NCBI GenBank assembly: GCA_002633005.1
Contig: NMRA01000101.1
Coordinates: 682,001-746,000 of the forward strand
DNA from: Phoronis australis
Lineage: Eukaryota > Animalia > Phoronida
Length of the DNA: 64,000 nucleotides
Direction of reading: 5' to 3'
The position numbers and the translations under genes are program-made. The notes under the pieces were generated by a model. It was not told the DNA's origin. It saw only the letters and a program-made list of their open reading frames with translations, and did not search any database. The stretch's first letter is position 1. Each line of letters starts with the position of its first letter. Shown piece by piece: positions 37,244 through 49,975 of this stretch.

Positions 37244-39920
37244 TACAGGAGAGTTCACTCCGCCATTTTACCATTCGCCGCAATGGTTACCGATCGAAAC
37301 ACTAGCGCCCCAAGCGGTGAATAATCAACACCTAGTTAGGAGCGCAGTCCGAACAATGTAAACACTGATAAATTCATACTTTAATGACATCCAACGTGCA
37401 ATAAAATTACTGTGTGCTTGAAAATGGTTATAATACACAAACTAACATCCACTTATAATCGAGTGATAACGAAAATGTGTATTTTAATCAATATTAAAGT
37501 GACTGTATTTGTTTTTATTCTCTTGAAGCTCCCTTCAAAATTATCATGGTTTTGTTTCATGTTTGAGTTCTTAACAAGGCAATTATCGTTCCTTATAACA
37601 GTTCAAACCTCCATGAACTACATAATTCGAATGATTGCTCCTGGGTGTTCAGACGGTAATTCCCCCAAGGTGCCAGCTAAGGGGGTACCAGGCAAAAACC
37701 AGGTGGGCGCCAAATGGGTGTTGACTCCCTCCCAGGGGGTTACATGGGAGGAGTGCTAAACAGGTAAAAACCAATGGGGTATGCCACATGGGTGTTGAGC
37801 CACTCCCATCGTCACAAATTTTGGTTGCTCCCCTGACTATTGACAAACACGTTGCTCCCAGCTCACTGCTGGTTTCATCTCCACCCCACAATTTCGCATG
37901 TGTTCCCTATTCAATGCACCAGGATAATAGCAATGCAAACAATTGTTTTGTGCAGTTGTTGTTACACAAGTAAGAGGAAAGCAAAGCAATTCATCACTAC
38001 CACAAAATCGCAATATTATTTAAGAACATCCCATTATTTCTTAGACATGCCAGTATAGGGTAAACTCAATCCCACTCTCCCACTCACCAACAGTTACAAG
38101 TCAGTTGCTAATCTGTAGAATAGCTCACAACTTACAAAACGAAGTAACATTGAGTATATCATCACTCATAACTAGTCCAAGTTCAAAATGTCATGACAAA
38201 AAATTAAGAGGTACCGAACAGCAATCAAAATATTCACTACCCACATAGCTTCATACAAAACTGAATTAAAAAGACTTGGATGATAAAACCAAAATTTAAT
38301 TTTATATACCTACTGTTCCTATTATCAATAGTATCAAATATTTCAGGTGAGTTAAAGCCAGACCACAAGATCATATCTGTTACCTAGCCACAACTGGGGC
38401 TTAACTTAATCACAATCTCCACAAACGTGCAAAATAGGCAACACATACACCAATAGAACAAGAAACTTTGACCAACCCTTGTCTCTCTCTATCAATTCAC
38501 TAGTAAACAACAGCACTTTTCGCCAAAGAAATGCGTTATAAATAAAGCTGAAAACTAATTTACTCAAAGAGGTGTTTGTCATCGAGAAGCAAAATGATAC
38601 GGATAGCTTAGGTTTAACAATATTTCATCCCACCATTCAGACTCTGAATGATCCATCAGTTTCACTTTGACTCTCTCCAAATCACAGGCTAACCATTCAT
38701 AAAACGTTTCAATCTGATCAACCTTAGTAAAATACGAAAACCAGATTTTGACTAATTGTCCTTTCTGCACGTGATGTTCCAGTACCAATGCTTTGTGAGA
38801 CGATAATCAGAAATGCAAAAAAGCCTATTCTAGAGCTGTAATATAATTTTCGGAGAACTTTTTGACCCTAACATCTTCATTTTTGGTGGATTCGGGACAT
38901 CTAATATTGTTCGGGCACTGCAGTCAGTACCAGCTTGTTCTTCATTCATGAACATGGACTCCTCGAAGTGGTGAGAGCATAACTTGCAGTTCTTGGACAA
39001 ATAGGCTGCATCTCTATTCATAAGGTCAGCTCCCAGCCCTTGCACCTGAGCAGAAATCAATGACTGAGAGACTCGGGAACAAACCTCATACTCACTAGGT
39101 TCACAGAAGACTGGTAGCCTACACTAAAGTACACTACACTACAGAATCCTGTCGTACTGTGATTGTGATAGAGACAAAAGCGTTTTGGTGTCAACTGAAA
39201 AAAATCGGAATCAAATGTCGATCCACGGATATTTTAACAGGGCCGCGCCCCCGCATCATTAACACATAGAATTAAGTTTTCAATGACGCACTGCTTAACT
39301 TAATTGGTCCAACTGGCACATTAAAATTATATTGATTTTTTCACCTTTTCACAGAGACCCACAGATTCTCTAACTTGACTTATGACAGACTTGTGGCCCT
39401 GTGGCTGTGATTGTGCCATGGCCGTGTCACCATGTCACATTGCCCGGCATGGGCATGGGTATGTTTTCCTAAAATTATCCCTACGATCGTACGGGTGACA
39501 TTTTGATTTGGAATTCATGGACTGCAAGTATCCAAAAAGCTGACGATCACATCGTACGTTCATCATAGTCCTTCCGCCGGCAGCCCGGCTGTGCAGTAGG
39601 CCTAGCCTACACTGCACTGCAGACAACAGTGGCAACGGGACAGCGATCAACTTGTCTAACAACCGTGAACAGAACACACAAAATGAAAGACAATGTATCA
39701 TATTATTGAATAACTGATAATCCTTACCTTTCTGGATCCTTAGGAAACCTAAAAAATGACATGTCTGGGGTTTTCGTGGATGAATTCATGCAATTTATCA
39801 CACTGCAAAATGCGTCCTTCCCCATTGTTTTGGCGCTTCCTGGTTGACAGTTGCTTAGTCACCAAATCACAGGCGCTAGTAGTAGCGGTAACAGCGAACT
39901 CACGAGTGGACTCTCCTATA
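37244..39920 (-). mobile_element. TIR DNA transposon remnant with THAP12/PRKRIR-like THAP (P- or hAT-like)
   Basis: TIR TA(C/T)AGGAGAGT(T/C)CACTC. Flanks gtactag/ctactag suggest a 7-bp TSD with one mismatch. Confidence 0.7.
38830..39825 (-). pseudogene. THAP-domain pseudogene (two exons)
   Basis: Exon 39728-39825 MGKDAFCSVINCMNSSTKTPDMSFFRFPKDPER|gtaagg. Exon from 39045 reads CKGW, then a frameshift, then ADLMNRDAAYLSKNCKLCSHHFEESMF...TILDVPNPP. No DDE domain recognised downstream. Confidence 0.85.
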
Positions 39921-40023
39921 CTACTAGGCTTCTTGCTACTACTCTATTGATGCATTAGGGGCCTTCCCATATAGCACACAATAATTTTAATGATTAATTA
40001 ATTGGCAATTTTATAAATATCAG

Positions 40024-40215
40024 TGAGAGCCACGTTTACGGATACAGCCTGTTCAACTATAAAGGTGATCGGCTAATACTGACAGAGTTCCAGAAATTAC
40101 AGATTGGCGCCGTGTGCAGCGGCGTACCCACTCATGTGTCAGTCAACATCATGTATTCCTACAGAGGTCACTATTCTCAACAACCCGTCTACATCATCAC
40201 TGGCGGAGTGGTCAG
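40024..40215 (+). CDS. TCTN2: Tectonic-2-like exon
   Basis: atcag acceptor, AG|gtatac donor, phases 2/2. CSGVPTHVSVNIMYSYRG....PVYIITG matches the second tectonic repeat. Confidence 0.85.
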
Positions 40216-40472
40216 GTATACTGTGACGTGACTGAGGTATAGCGAAGGTTTTGCCTGACGTCACTGATGTTCAGTTGTAGCATAGAACTCTAGCCCTGGA
40301 ATGCCATCTCCCTCACGTGACCTATGTATTCTGTTTCATTTATAAGAGCTTGTGACCCCGAGACTCGCCGCTGTAGTTGGCACTGTGAATTTCCGGCTGT
40401 CTGCTCGACTTAGTTTTGATCGAGTGCTGTAGTTATCATGTCAAGCCTAATCTCATTTTGTCATTTTTCAAC

Positions 40473-43400
40473 CCCGGCCAACGCTCGGAAGGCGATCGAG
40501 AACGAGACCTTGCACCAAAAATGGCAGACTACAGTTATGTACCCGGTGAGTTTAAGTGTCATTTTCTGCTTAAATAAAGACCACTTTGGTACGAATGTGT
40601 CACACAGAAAAGCGTCAGAGTGTAACCTTTGTTGTGGATCTGAAATAATACTTGGCTTTTGCTTATTTTTTAAAATAAAGAGCTCAGAATGCAATGGCTT
40701 TCGTTAAAATGCCTTGCGCCTCGTAAAATCGACAATTTCTACTTGTTATTAGCAATTCCAGGGTTCTTAATAAGAGACGTGTGACGTTTATAGTTTAATC
40801 GTCCCTGGTGACACCTTAGTTAGTTGTGGTTTGTGAAACAATTTGAGATACTTACCAATACAAGCAGATCCTTGTGTGAGACGGCGATCGGGAACGATGT
40901 CGTTAATTCTCTATGGCGATCGTGAACGCAAAAAAGGCGATCGTGAACGTACATTTTTTTTCTCTGCATTGGCCTGAATAGTCGTTCAAGTTACGGTATT
41001 ATGTCAATAATTTTAGAATAATACGGAGCCTGAATTAGTTGATGGGTTAATTATTAATTACATTTCATCGTTTTTTTCATTATTTCAAAGTGATATTTAG
41101 TCTAACAAACATAACTGAATGCGTTTGATTTTTTTCAGTTGAACTCATAGTGTAGCCACACGATGAGTCCTTCAGGGTGTTAACGTCCACGCCTTTAAAA
41201 AAGAGTAGTACAACTGCTGCATGTCACAACCGAGTGTGTGTGTGTTGTGGATCCTCGTTCAGGAACTAAGAAATCGACTTAGTATGACCACATGGCAATA
41301 AAATACAGTGACACTACAACAAAGCAAGACCTTTACCAGCCCTGTTATTGAAGCGTTGCATGCGTCAAGAGTTTTTTTACCAATATTGTAAAACACACAG
41401 CACGAAGCATCATGCTCAGGAACCAAGTCGATTCAGTGTCCTATCTGTGATCAACGTTTCACGGAAAGAGTAACCCTGATGCAACACTGCGTCACAGCAC
41501 GAGGACACTCCTTTTTGTGGTGAATGTGGCATGTCGTGCAAACAGTATGCCTCCTACAAGCATAGCATGCAGAAACGTCACGAATGAAATCATTAAGTCC
41601 AGTGCTGAAGGTTATAAAGTCACTATAGTTTATTCAGGTTTACAAAGTCTGTGGTTGGTAGTTGTCTGATGTGATAGTATTTTGACGTTTTGTTTTGAAC
41701 CTTTTTTCCTCAAGTTTCTTTCTATATTTGTGTTATTTCAAAAGGATCTTTAACAGAACCAGTACATTTTTTGTAGTGTTTAGGTAGATTTGATTGGCCA
41801 TACTAAGTGTCTATGGGCAATACTTACATGCAATTGTTCTGACCAACGAGTATTTTGAATGAGAATATATGGCTATGATTATTGTACACTGGAAATTGAT
41901 TTCATATTGTAGTTGATTTCCTGTGAGAGACTGTTATACTATCAATCAGTCCTAAATACACTGTCTATGATTCAGTGATGATTTAGTCATTCCAAAAGTA
42001 ATTCGTTGGAAATGTTCAGTGGATTTGTTTTGTTGAGTTACCTATAAATAAATTTATATATTTTTGTAAGACCAATTTTGAGGTATGTGTGTTAAAAGAT
42101 TAATATTATAATAGAAATGCTATAATAGTGTTGATATCCTGTGTAAATCACTACAGTGTGTAGTTGAAGTGACGTTAATGACAACATGTTGACTACGTTT
42201 TGAGAAAATCACAATATAGAATGTGCATTATAACTCTCAATCTTTTTCAATGTCACATTAAACTCGAGATCATGAACTGATGATGCAGGTGAACTTAGGA
42301 CCAATACTACAAATCAGAAGAGTCAAACACAACGTACATTCAAGTCACACGGTGCCACAAGTCAATCTGTTCATCTCTGTATTGATTTTATCAGTAAAAC
42401 ATCAAGTAAAATCACACCCGTTTTATCAGCACACCAGTTTACACAATGTCTGGCCAATTTTTTGATCCCAGGCGTTTATAAGTGAGAATCTTTGAATCAT
42501 CTCGTGAAGTGTTGCCGCACTCCCCTTTCTCCCTATGAGCAAGCTCATCATCATTCTTTGACTTTACTGGATATTTGTTTTTTCCTTTTGCTGTCACAAT
42601 TTTACAAGATTCTACACTCGCTTTCATCTCGGTGCTGCAACAATTTGTTTACCCCTGGCTGACAGGCTACATGGGTGAGTCTTCAGTTTAGAAACCCTTG
42701 TTCTCAGTGGTTTGGTTTAAGAGTAGATGCCTGGCCTGTACTTTTCAAAACCCTGGTCAGGTGTACCTTCACGTCGTGGGTAACATGTTCGTTGAAGCTC
42801 GCCAGTGAACTTGTTTCCTGAAATGAGAATAAATTTGTTTGTGAAACTAAACTTGAATTATGCTTGATGTACATGTAGTGCTCACGGCAATTTAATTGAA
42901 ATATGCTATGTTGTTGTTCAGTTTTGATACAAAAGTAACACAGTAACTACACAAAATGTGATTAAATCATTGCACCACACTTGATTTTGTAACCTTTTCA
43001 CGTTTTATAAGTAAAACGTTCATTATTGTTCGACACATCACAATGCGTTCCCGATCGCATAAACAAACACAAATTTGCGTTCCCGATCGTTTATCGTTGC
43101 GTTCTCGATCGCATCTTTCAACAGAAAAGCGTCGAAAAATCAGAGATCCTGACAAAAGTACAAAAAAAGCTTTGCGTTACATTTTCACACGTCATTTCAT
43201 CATAACTCCATGGTCAATTTATTGATTTAGTGCCAAAAATAACGGCAATTTGCCAAAATGACATTCAAATCACCTTCGGCTTAAGCGATGCCTCGGTCAA
43301 CGTAACTTACATGTATCTCCTATAATTGGGAGAGACACTAGCCTAAACCTCTACCTGCCCCTCCTAAATGTGTTACGCCTTCAAGTCATGTCTCTGTTTT

Positions 43401-43520
43401 CACATTGGAAGTAAAAAAACGAAAATTCTTCAAATTTACTCATCTTGCCTGGCTTTGCTTCTCGCGCCAAATTTCGTTCTCGATCGCCTTCCGGTCGTTC
43501 TCGATCGCAAGTTGGCCGTG
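40473..43520. mobile_element. Unclassified TIR element with subterminal CGATCG(A/G/T)GAACG repeats and C2H2 zinc-finger remnants
   Basis: Left cccggccaac...ggaaggcgatcgagaacg, right cgttctcgatcgccttccg...gttggccgtg. Plus-strand QCPICDQRFTERVTLMQH and FCGECGMSCKQYASYKH at ~41434-41587. Confidence 0.65.
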
Positions 43521-45171
43521 GTGTTTTTGTTCATCAAGCGAGGCTGTTGAGGTACGGTTCCAGACAACCAGCGATTTCTCGGCATAATTAGTCAACAAAC
43601 CCGGCAGTTGCACTGGTCATTCGTTGTGTCTGCAGGATGTCAGTAATAGTTTGACAACAAGACATTTTCGGGTACTAAAATCTTGTTACAGTATTTTTTA
43701 AAAGAAGTGACATTTGGTTTGCTCTGCAATCGTCAATGAGAAGTTTATGCCCTACTAACAGGTGTGAAAAATTACTCGTAAATGCGTAGCCAAGTGCGTG
43801 CGTGTGTGTGTGTGTGTGCGTTCGTGTGTGCGTGCGTGCGTGTATGCTTGCGGGTGTGTATGCTTGTATGTGTCTTATAATTCATTTGTGCAATGTTCAC
43901 CTGTTGCCCAGATGCCGTTTTTGTTAATTCGATCTCTGAGCAGTAATGTTATCTGCTGTGTTTTCCTACACCAGTGAAATAAAATTTTGAAAAATGAAAA
44001 GTTTACCTTGCAAAAGATTCTTATCCAATTACCAATACTTTGTGTTGAAATTGACATATTATCATGAACTGTTGTAATTTCCCAATCGACGAAGCCATAT
44101 TTCCCCGTTCAACTAAAGAGAGAAAACGGGACCCGCAATTTCCCACTCCACTGAAGAAATAAAAAAAACCCTCGAGCACTTTTGAGAGTTACGTCTCCTG
44201 TTCTACAAAAACGTTTTCGAGACATTGTTGTGTTTTGCGGCGAACGTTTCACCCTTGCGTTTTGGCATCGACCCAGATGCACTGCTTTTTTCTGGAAGTC
44301 CCGCTTTTTCAATCTCGAATGTTGACCGTGACAACTATGCAACCTGTAATCAAAATAACATCTCTTTGTTGTGAATGTTGTTATTTTCTAGAATTCACTT
44401 ACTTTAGTAACACAACAATGGTAAAAATGTGTTCCAATGTCTCTTGTTTAGGGTAACATACACTACATAAGTAAGGATCACAAAATGTTTACTTTCTGAA
44501 GAAGTAAGTTCATTTTTAAATTGGTACGGAAAGCCTATTGTGCAACCAATGTAATAAGATACCCATAGAACACTTCAAGGCCACATAATAGATGTTCGTC
44601 CATTTTTATATATTTACATGTGGGTGCGTATTGCCGTCATCTCTGTCTGGACATCCGGTGTCCGCAGCTGTATCTCCTAAATCCCTCACAGGATCTTGAT
44701 GAGATTTGACAGATGTGTTTCTATGAAGCTGACAACGGATGACGATGAATTTCGGACCTATCTGACTATAGGTGTGCTCCCTAGTGGCAATTTTATTTTT
44801 TCCGTTTACCTCTGTATCTTCAAAAGTTATCAACGGATTTTTGTGAAATTTGGCACATAGGCATCTGTTAGTGAGATGACGCTATTCTCCCGTTTTCGGT
44901 TGGATTCGAAGTATTATGTGCCATCTAGTGGCCATATTTACAGTTTTTAATCTGTTTTTGGCGTCCGCGCTTCTGTCAACCAAACCACTTTAAGGATGAT
45001 TGTGAAAATTGGCATAAATGTTCCTAATGTGAAGAAGACGGCTTGATACGCCGTAAAATGTAACGTTTGTAATGTTTACGTTGCTAAGCCTCTCCTAAAA
45101 TTGTTACATTTTACGTAGTTGTTACATTTTACGTCGAATGCACACGCGAGAAATGTACCATTGTTACATTT

Positions 45172-45285
45172 TACGAAACCACCGTCATATTACAAAGAAA
45201 ATGACCAAAATCAAGAACTAGTGGTATCTACGAAACCACCGTCATATTACAAAGAAAATGACCAAAATCAAGAACTAGTGGTATC
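45172..45285. repeat. Perfect tandem duplication, 2 x 57 bp
   Basis: tacgaaaccaccgtc...gaactagtggtatc occurs twice head to tail. Confidence 0.95.
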
Positions 45286-45593
45286 AGACACGACCGCGAT
45301 GTGCTCGAGTATTTTTGGACGAGGGGTGCCGTACGAAAAAAAAGGATACCTACCCGTTTAGAGAGTGGACTCGGACAAAAAAGTGACCCATTTAGAGACT
45401 GATTTTGTGTAAAAAATTCACATTTTCGCGCTGTCGTGTTCCAGAAATTCAGAAAAAGCACCATTTTAGAGAGTATTTTGTCGAAAATGGCATCATTTTG
45501 GAGAGAATGCTGTAAAAACACCCTTTTGAGCAGCACTTTTCGTATACCTCTCCTATGCCCTCCGGGCTGACACGTCATGAATCTGGCTACCCG

Positions 45594-45700
45594 TTATCAT
45601 TCTTATTACTATTACATTACTATTACTACTATTATTACCATTACTACTATTACTACCATTTATTGTTTTCGGTATCGTTATCATTATTATTATAATAATT
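45594..45700. repeat. (ATT/ACT)n low-complexity microsatellite
   Basis: attactattacattactattactact... run. Confidence 0.85.
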
Positions 45701-46503
45701 AACATTTTTAAATTCATTTAACGAGGTCAGTGCAATACACACAATATATGTTTTACCAAAATGCTTTTACACTATGGTCCTCAAAGATTTTAAAATCATC
45801 TCATTCATGGTTCAATGCTTTCACCTAGCTTTCCATAATGGACAGCGAGTGCTATTTCAAAAGGATTTTAAGGGGATTCCTATGTTCAGCCTTAACCATA
45901 TTGTGAGAAACGTCATGACAGCTGTGGATGCAGAGTAGGCCTACTTTTTGGAAACGAGGTCGAGATTTAAAATCTTGTTTAGACGTGCTCCACTTCAAAA
46001 AATGATTATTTCTGAGCTATCGGCAAGCGCGGTATTGTTTGTAAATATAACTATAATATCCTTCTGTAGTTTGCCACGAAGAACTGAATTCAAACTGTAA
46101 TCTTTTACTTGCGACTTACAGCTAAACGTGAGGATACCCACTGTGTATCAGTTTTGTCGCTTGTGAAAAACATTTCGTTTATTACCTCTCTGTGTCCTCC
46201 ATTATCGGCTTTCCGTCAGTTATGTTAGCTATTTTGTTATTTCAATGTTTTTGTTTTTCTTTTATGTATTTGATTTTTTAATTTATCGATCAATCTCTGC
46301 TAGTCACATTTGTCTGTTCGCCATCTTGCTTCTGTGGTTTGTTGGGTGTCAGGCTGCCAGCATTTTTGGATTACTAGTCTCTGTAATCTGCCGCTATCGG
46401 CATCGCGGAGCCCATCCTCCAACGCCTGGTTGTCTGAAGCTGTCCAGGGCTACATCCGCGTGTCAGTTTTTCCCCACCTCGTCCCTGATTTCCCCCTTCC
46501 TCT

Positions 46504-47161
46504 NNNNNNNNNNNNNNNNNNNNNNNNNNNNNNNNNNNNNNNNNNNNNNNNNNNNNNNNNNNNNNNNNNNNNNNNNNNNNNNNNNNNNNNNNNNNNNNNN
46601 NNNNNNNNNNNNNNNNNNNNNNNNNNNNNNNNNNNNNNNNNNNNNNNNNNNNNNNNNNNNNNNNNNNNNNNNNNNNNNNNNNNNNNNNNNNNNNNNNNNN
46701 NNNNNNNNNNNNNNNNNNNNNNNNNNNNNNNNNNNNNNNNNNNNNNNNNNNNNNNNNNNNNNNNNNNNNNNNNNNNNNNNNNNNNNNNNNNNNNNNNNNN
46801 NNNNNNNNNNNNNNNNNNNNNNNNNNNNNNNNNNNNNNNNNNNNNNNNNNNNNNNNNNNNNNNNNNNNNNNNNNNNNNNNNNNNNNNNNNNNNNNNNNNN
46901 NNNNNNNNNNNNNNNNNNNNNNNNNNNNNNNNNNNNNNNNNNNNNNNNNNNNNNNNNNNNNNNNNNNNNNNNNNNNNNNNNNNNNNNNNNNNNNNNNNNN
47001 NNNNNNNNNNNNNNNNNNNNNNNNNNNNNNNNNNNNNNNNNNNNNNNNNNNNNNNNNNNNNNNNNNNNNNNNNNNNNNNNNNNNNNNNNNNNNNNNNNNN
47101 NNNNNNNNNNNNNNNNNNNNNNNNNNNNNNNNNNNNNNNNNNNNNNNNNNNNNNNNNNNNN
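46504..47161. other. Assembly gap (658 N)
   Basis: Run of n. Confidence 1.
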
Positions 47162-49664
47162 GTGCCTCGAGTTTGGTCAGCTCTTGGCTCTTATAGGCTG
47201 GTGATTGTCACGTGTCCTTAGGGGTGTTTTCTTTGTTGTGGTAACCTCGCTTTCAGTTCATCTTTGTTCCGGCCACATTGTCGTACGTTAAAAACTTATT
47301 CAATTTTCCAACCCTCTACCTCCTAGTTTTCTTCATCCTCTCGTACCTTATATCGTCTACCTCCGTCTCCTTTTCATCTCTGGTAACGAGCTTGCGACAC
47401 GCGAGTCATTTATCTATTATTCGGGACTTAGTCGATCATAAATATTCCCTTCAAAGAACTGGGGCTCGTTCCACAATGATATGTAAGTTCAAAAATTGCG
47501 TTATAAAGTTGAACTACATTTCATTGAAAGTGGGTTGTATGGAACAAAAACGGCCTACGTCGAATTCAGTGATGTTTAATATTCGCTTTTGTATGCGATA
47601 TAGCAAAAGGGTTAATGTACCAAATTCCCTTGTCTACCTACAACCACGCGTGTTGTTGACAGCGAGCTGCAACACAAAAATGCGCCTCATGAGACACGAG
47701 GCTTCAAGTCCATTAACACTTCTTTATTTATATGTACTTCGGACTAACGATCATTGACTAAAAAGCAAATTTAATTGATATTTTATCTTAAAAGATAATA
47801 GAAAGAGAAAGATAAACAGACTAAATTGCGATATTGAAAGTGGTTCTGTGCCACTGAAACAGAATTCAACCTGCTCACCATGTATTTTTTGATTTTATTC
47901 GTAACGATTTTTAATTTCTGTTTATGTCAAAGCATTTTCTTTTAGTTTCAAATTTCAAAAAACGATATAGTCTATTTTTCTCCCACTAGGCAAAGCAAGG
48001 CATATACGTAGCACATTTCTCTTATATGGAAAATGTGACCTTTGACCTCAAGCAACTGAGTGTGAGCGCATGCACGCATTCATCATAAAAGGGAGGGAGT
48101 TTAGAAACTCTGTGGTTACCACAGAGTTTTTCCTTCGCGTGTATTTCAAAAATCGGGAATTTTGTGATTTTTTTCTGAAAATTTCTTCACACGGGAAAGT
48201 GAACTACGCAGTACTCGCCCTTCTCAAAGGTGATCTTTTGCTGTTGCACTGGCAAAATGTGTCAACCTGCCCGCAAATAAATGCGTGCTTTTCTTTTCTT
48301 CCACCACAATCTCTTTAAGAAATTGTCATTCGTAACTAAGGTTGTAGACAGAATCCGTCGGCATCAGAAACTTTGGCCTTCCTCCTTTTGTGTGGAGCAT
48401 TAGCGATGACTCCAAGGCAATAAAACACTGGCTGAAATAAATCAAACTATCGTGTATTAAAACGGGTGTTTTTTCTATCATATTGTCTTCCGAAATTGAA
48501 TTCTAAGTGAAAAAATAGTATTGTCGTTTGTTCCCGAAGAAATACAATAAATATTAGCCAAAATGCGATGTCATTGTTTCTGTAGTGCTAACCAAGGAAA
48601 GTGTGTTTACTGCAATGCCGGATACATAATTGGTTTCTGACCTGCGAGCGACAACAAGATTGCAAGAACAATAAAAACTTATTATCTGATCCTGTACACT
48701 GCTTTCGTCTGGAGTTGAAACTGTACGAGGTACATTTTGGACTATACCAAGAAACTGCTCATGTTAAAAAATTCCACGCATGCGAGCGCAACCTCAGCAG
48801 CGCGAGATCGAAGTTGGCATTCCAGGCTGGAGTTTTATGGTTGTACAGTAGTTAGACCTTGTCCGCAACATTTTTAAACCCTTCCCGATTCCCTCCTGTG
48901 GCGGAACCTTTGGACAGTGAAAAATATTTAAATCGTCGATTACCGCGTTATAACGACTTAGCTATCTTGTTATGACTTTTACAACTTGTGCCGACCCCAG
49001 TTCTGACCTATGCGCCCAACGTGGCTCATCGTGCTTTGAGACTGGCGTATTTCCGCGTATGAACCGTGTACCCCCACAGATAAAATACTTTAGATGCTAC
49101 TGGAATAATAAAAAGCAAAGAAAAGGGTGATGGAAGTTGTTTTATGCAAAACTCCATTGAAACACACGATATTTAATGGAAGAATTTGCCGAACTCTGGA
49201 TGATTTTTTCTTCGATTCATTACAGCTAAGTTCGGGTCCTTGGAGCAAAATGGCACAGGGTTTGGGACAAGGCTGGACAATTGCGACGCATGTTAGACGA
49301 CTCATGTGACCAATATTGTCATTTTCTTTGATTTTGTCCCACATTTTCTGATACATATTTCTCGAAGAGTGCTCAGAAGTGAGCACAGGTTGAGAGATTT
49401 GTTATGAATTTAAGCAACGGTCTTGCTAGGACTCATTTCATTGGCAGGTCGGGTAAAAAGTGCCCACACTTTAAGCTCACCGTAAACATGCTTTCGTGTT
49501 TTAGTCCAGTATCCATATTAAAATACCACGACTTGCACTTCAAGCATTATAAAGAAACAGTAAGTCGTACACATAAAAACCATAGGCTCATAAGTCATGT
49601 CTCCTTGAAATACAACTTTTTACTTGCGTGGATTTTTGTATTTAGTTCATTCGGTACATGGCAC

Positions 49665-49975
49665 TACGTTATAACGTCGTTGTAACGAGATACTATACGA
49701 TTTAGTGATCTCGTTATAACGAGAACGTTAAGTCGTTACAACGACGATAGCCAAGTCGTTAAAAAGAGATAGCTAAGTTGTTAGAACGAAATATCTCGTT
49801 TAATAAGGTAGTACTTCGTTATGTCTTTTTATAATGAGTTAGCTAAGTCGTTATAACGAAATGAATCGTTTTATTTAGATAGTAGTCTGTTATTATGAGG
49901 TAGTAAGTCGTTATAACGAGACTGTATGTAGACGTAACAAAATAGTAAGTCGTTATAACGAATTAATCGACGATT
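49665..49975. repeat. Tandem ~21-22-bp repeat (aagtcgttataacgagatagct); short inverted relative at ~48930-48976
   Basis: Repeated palindromic core cgttataacg. Both loci share the flank taatcgacgattt / aaatcgtcgatta. Confidence 0.8.

Noticed and set aside
46245-47221. 319-aa and 303-aa ORFs
   Set aside because: Artefacts of reading through 658 N.
49227-49309. Candidate Tectonic terminal exon
   Set aside because: Wrong phase, and better-matching exons exist at 52122 and 54101.
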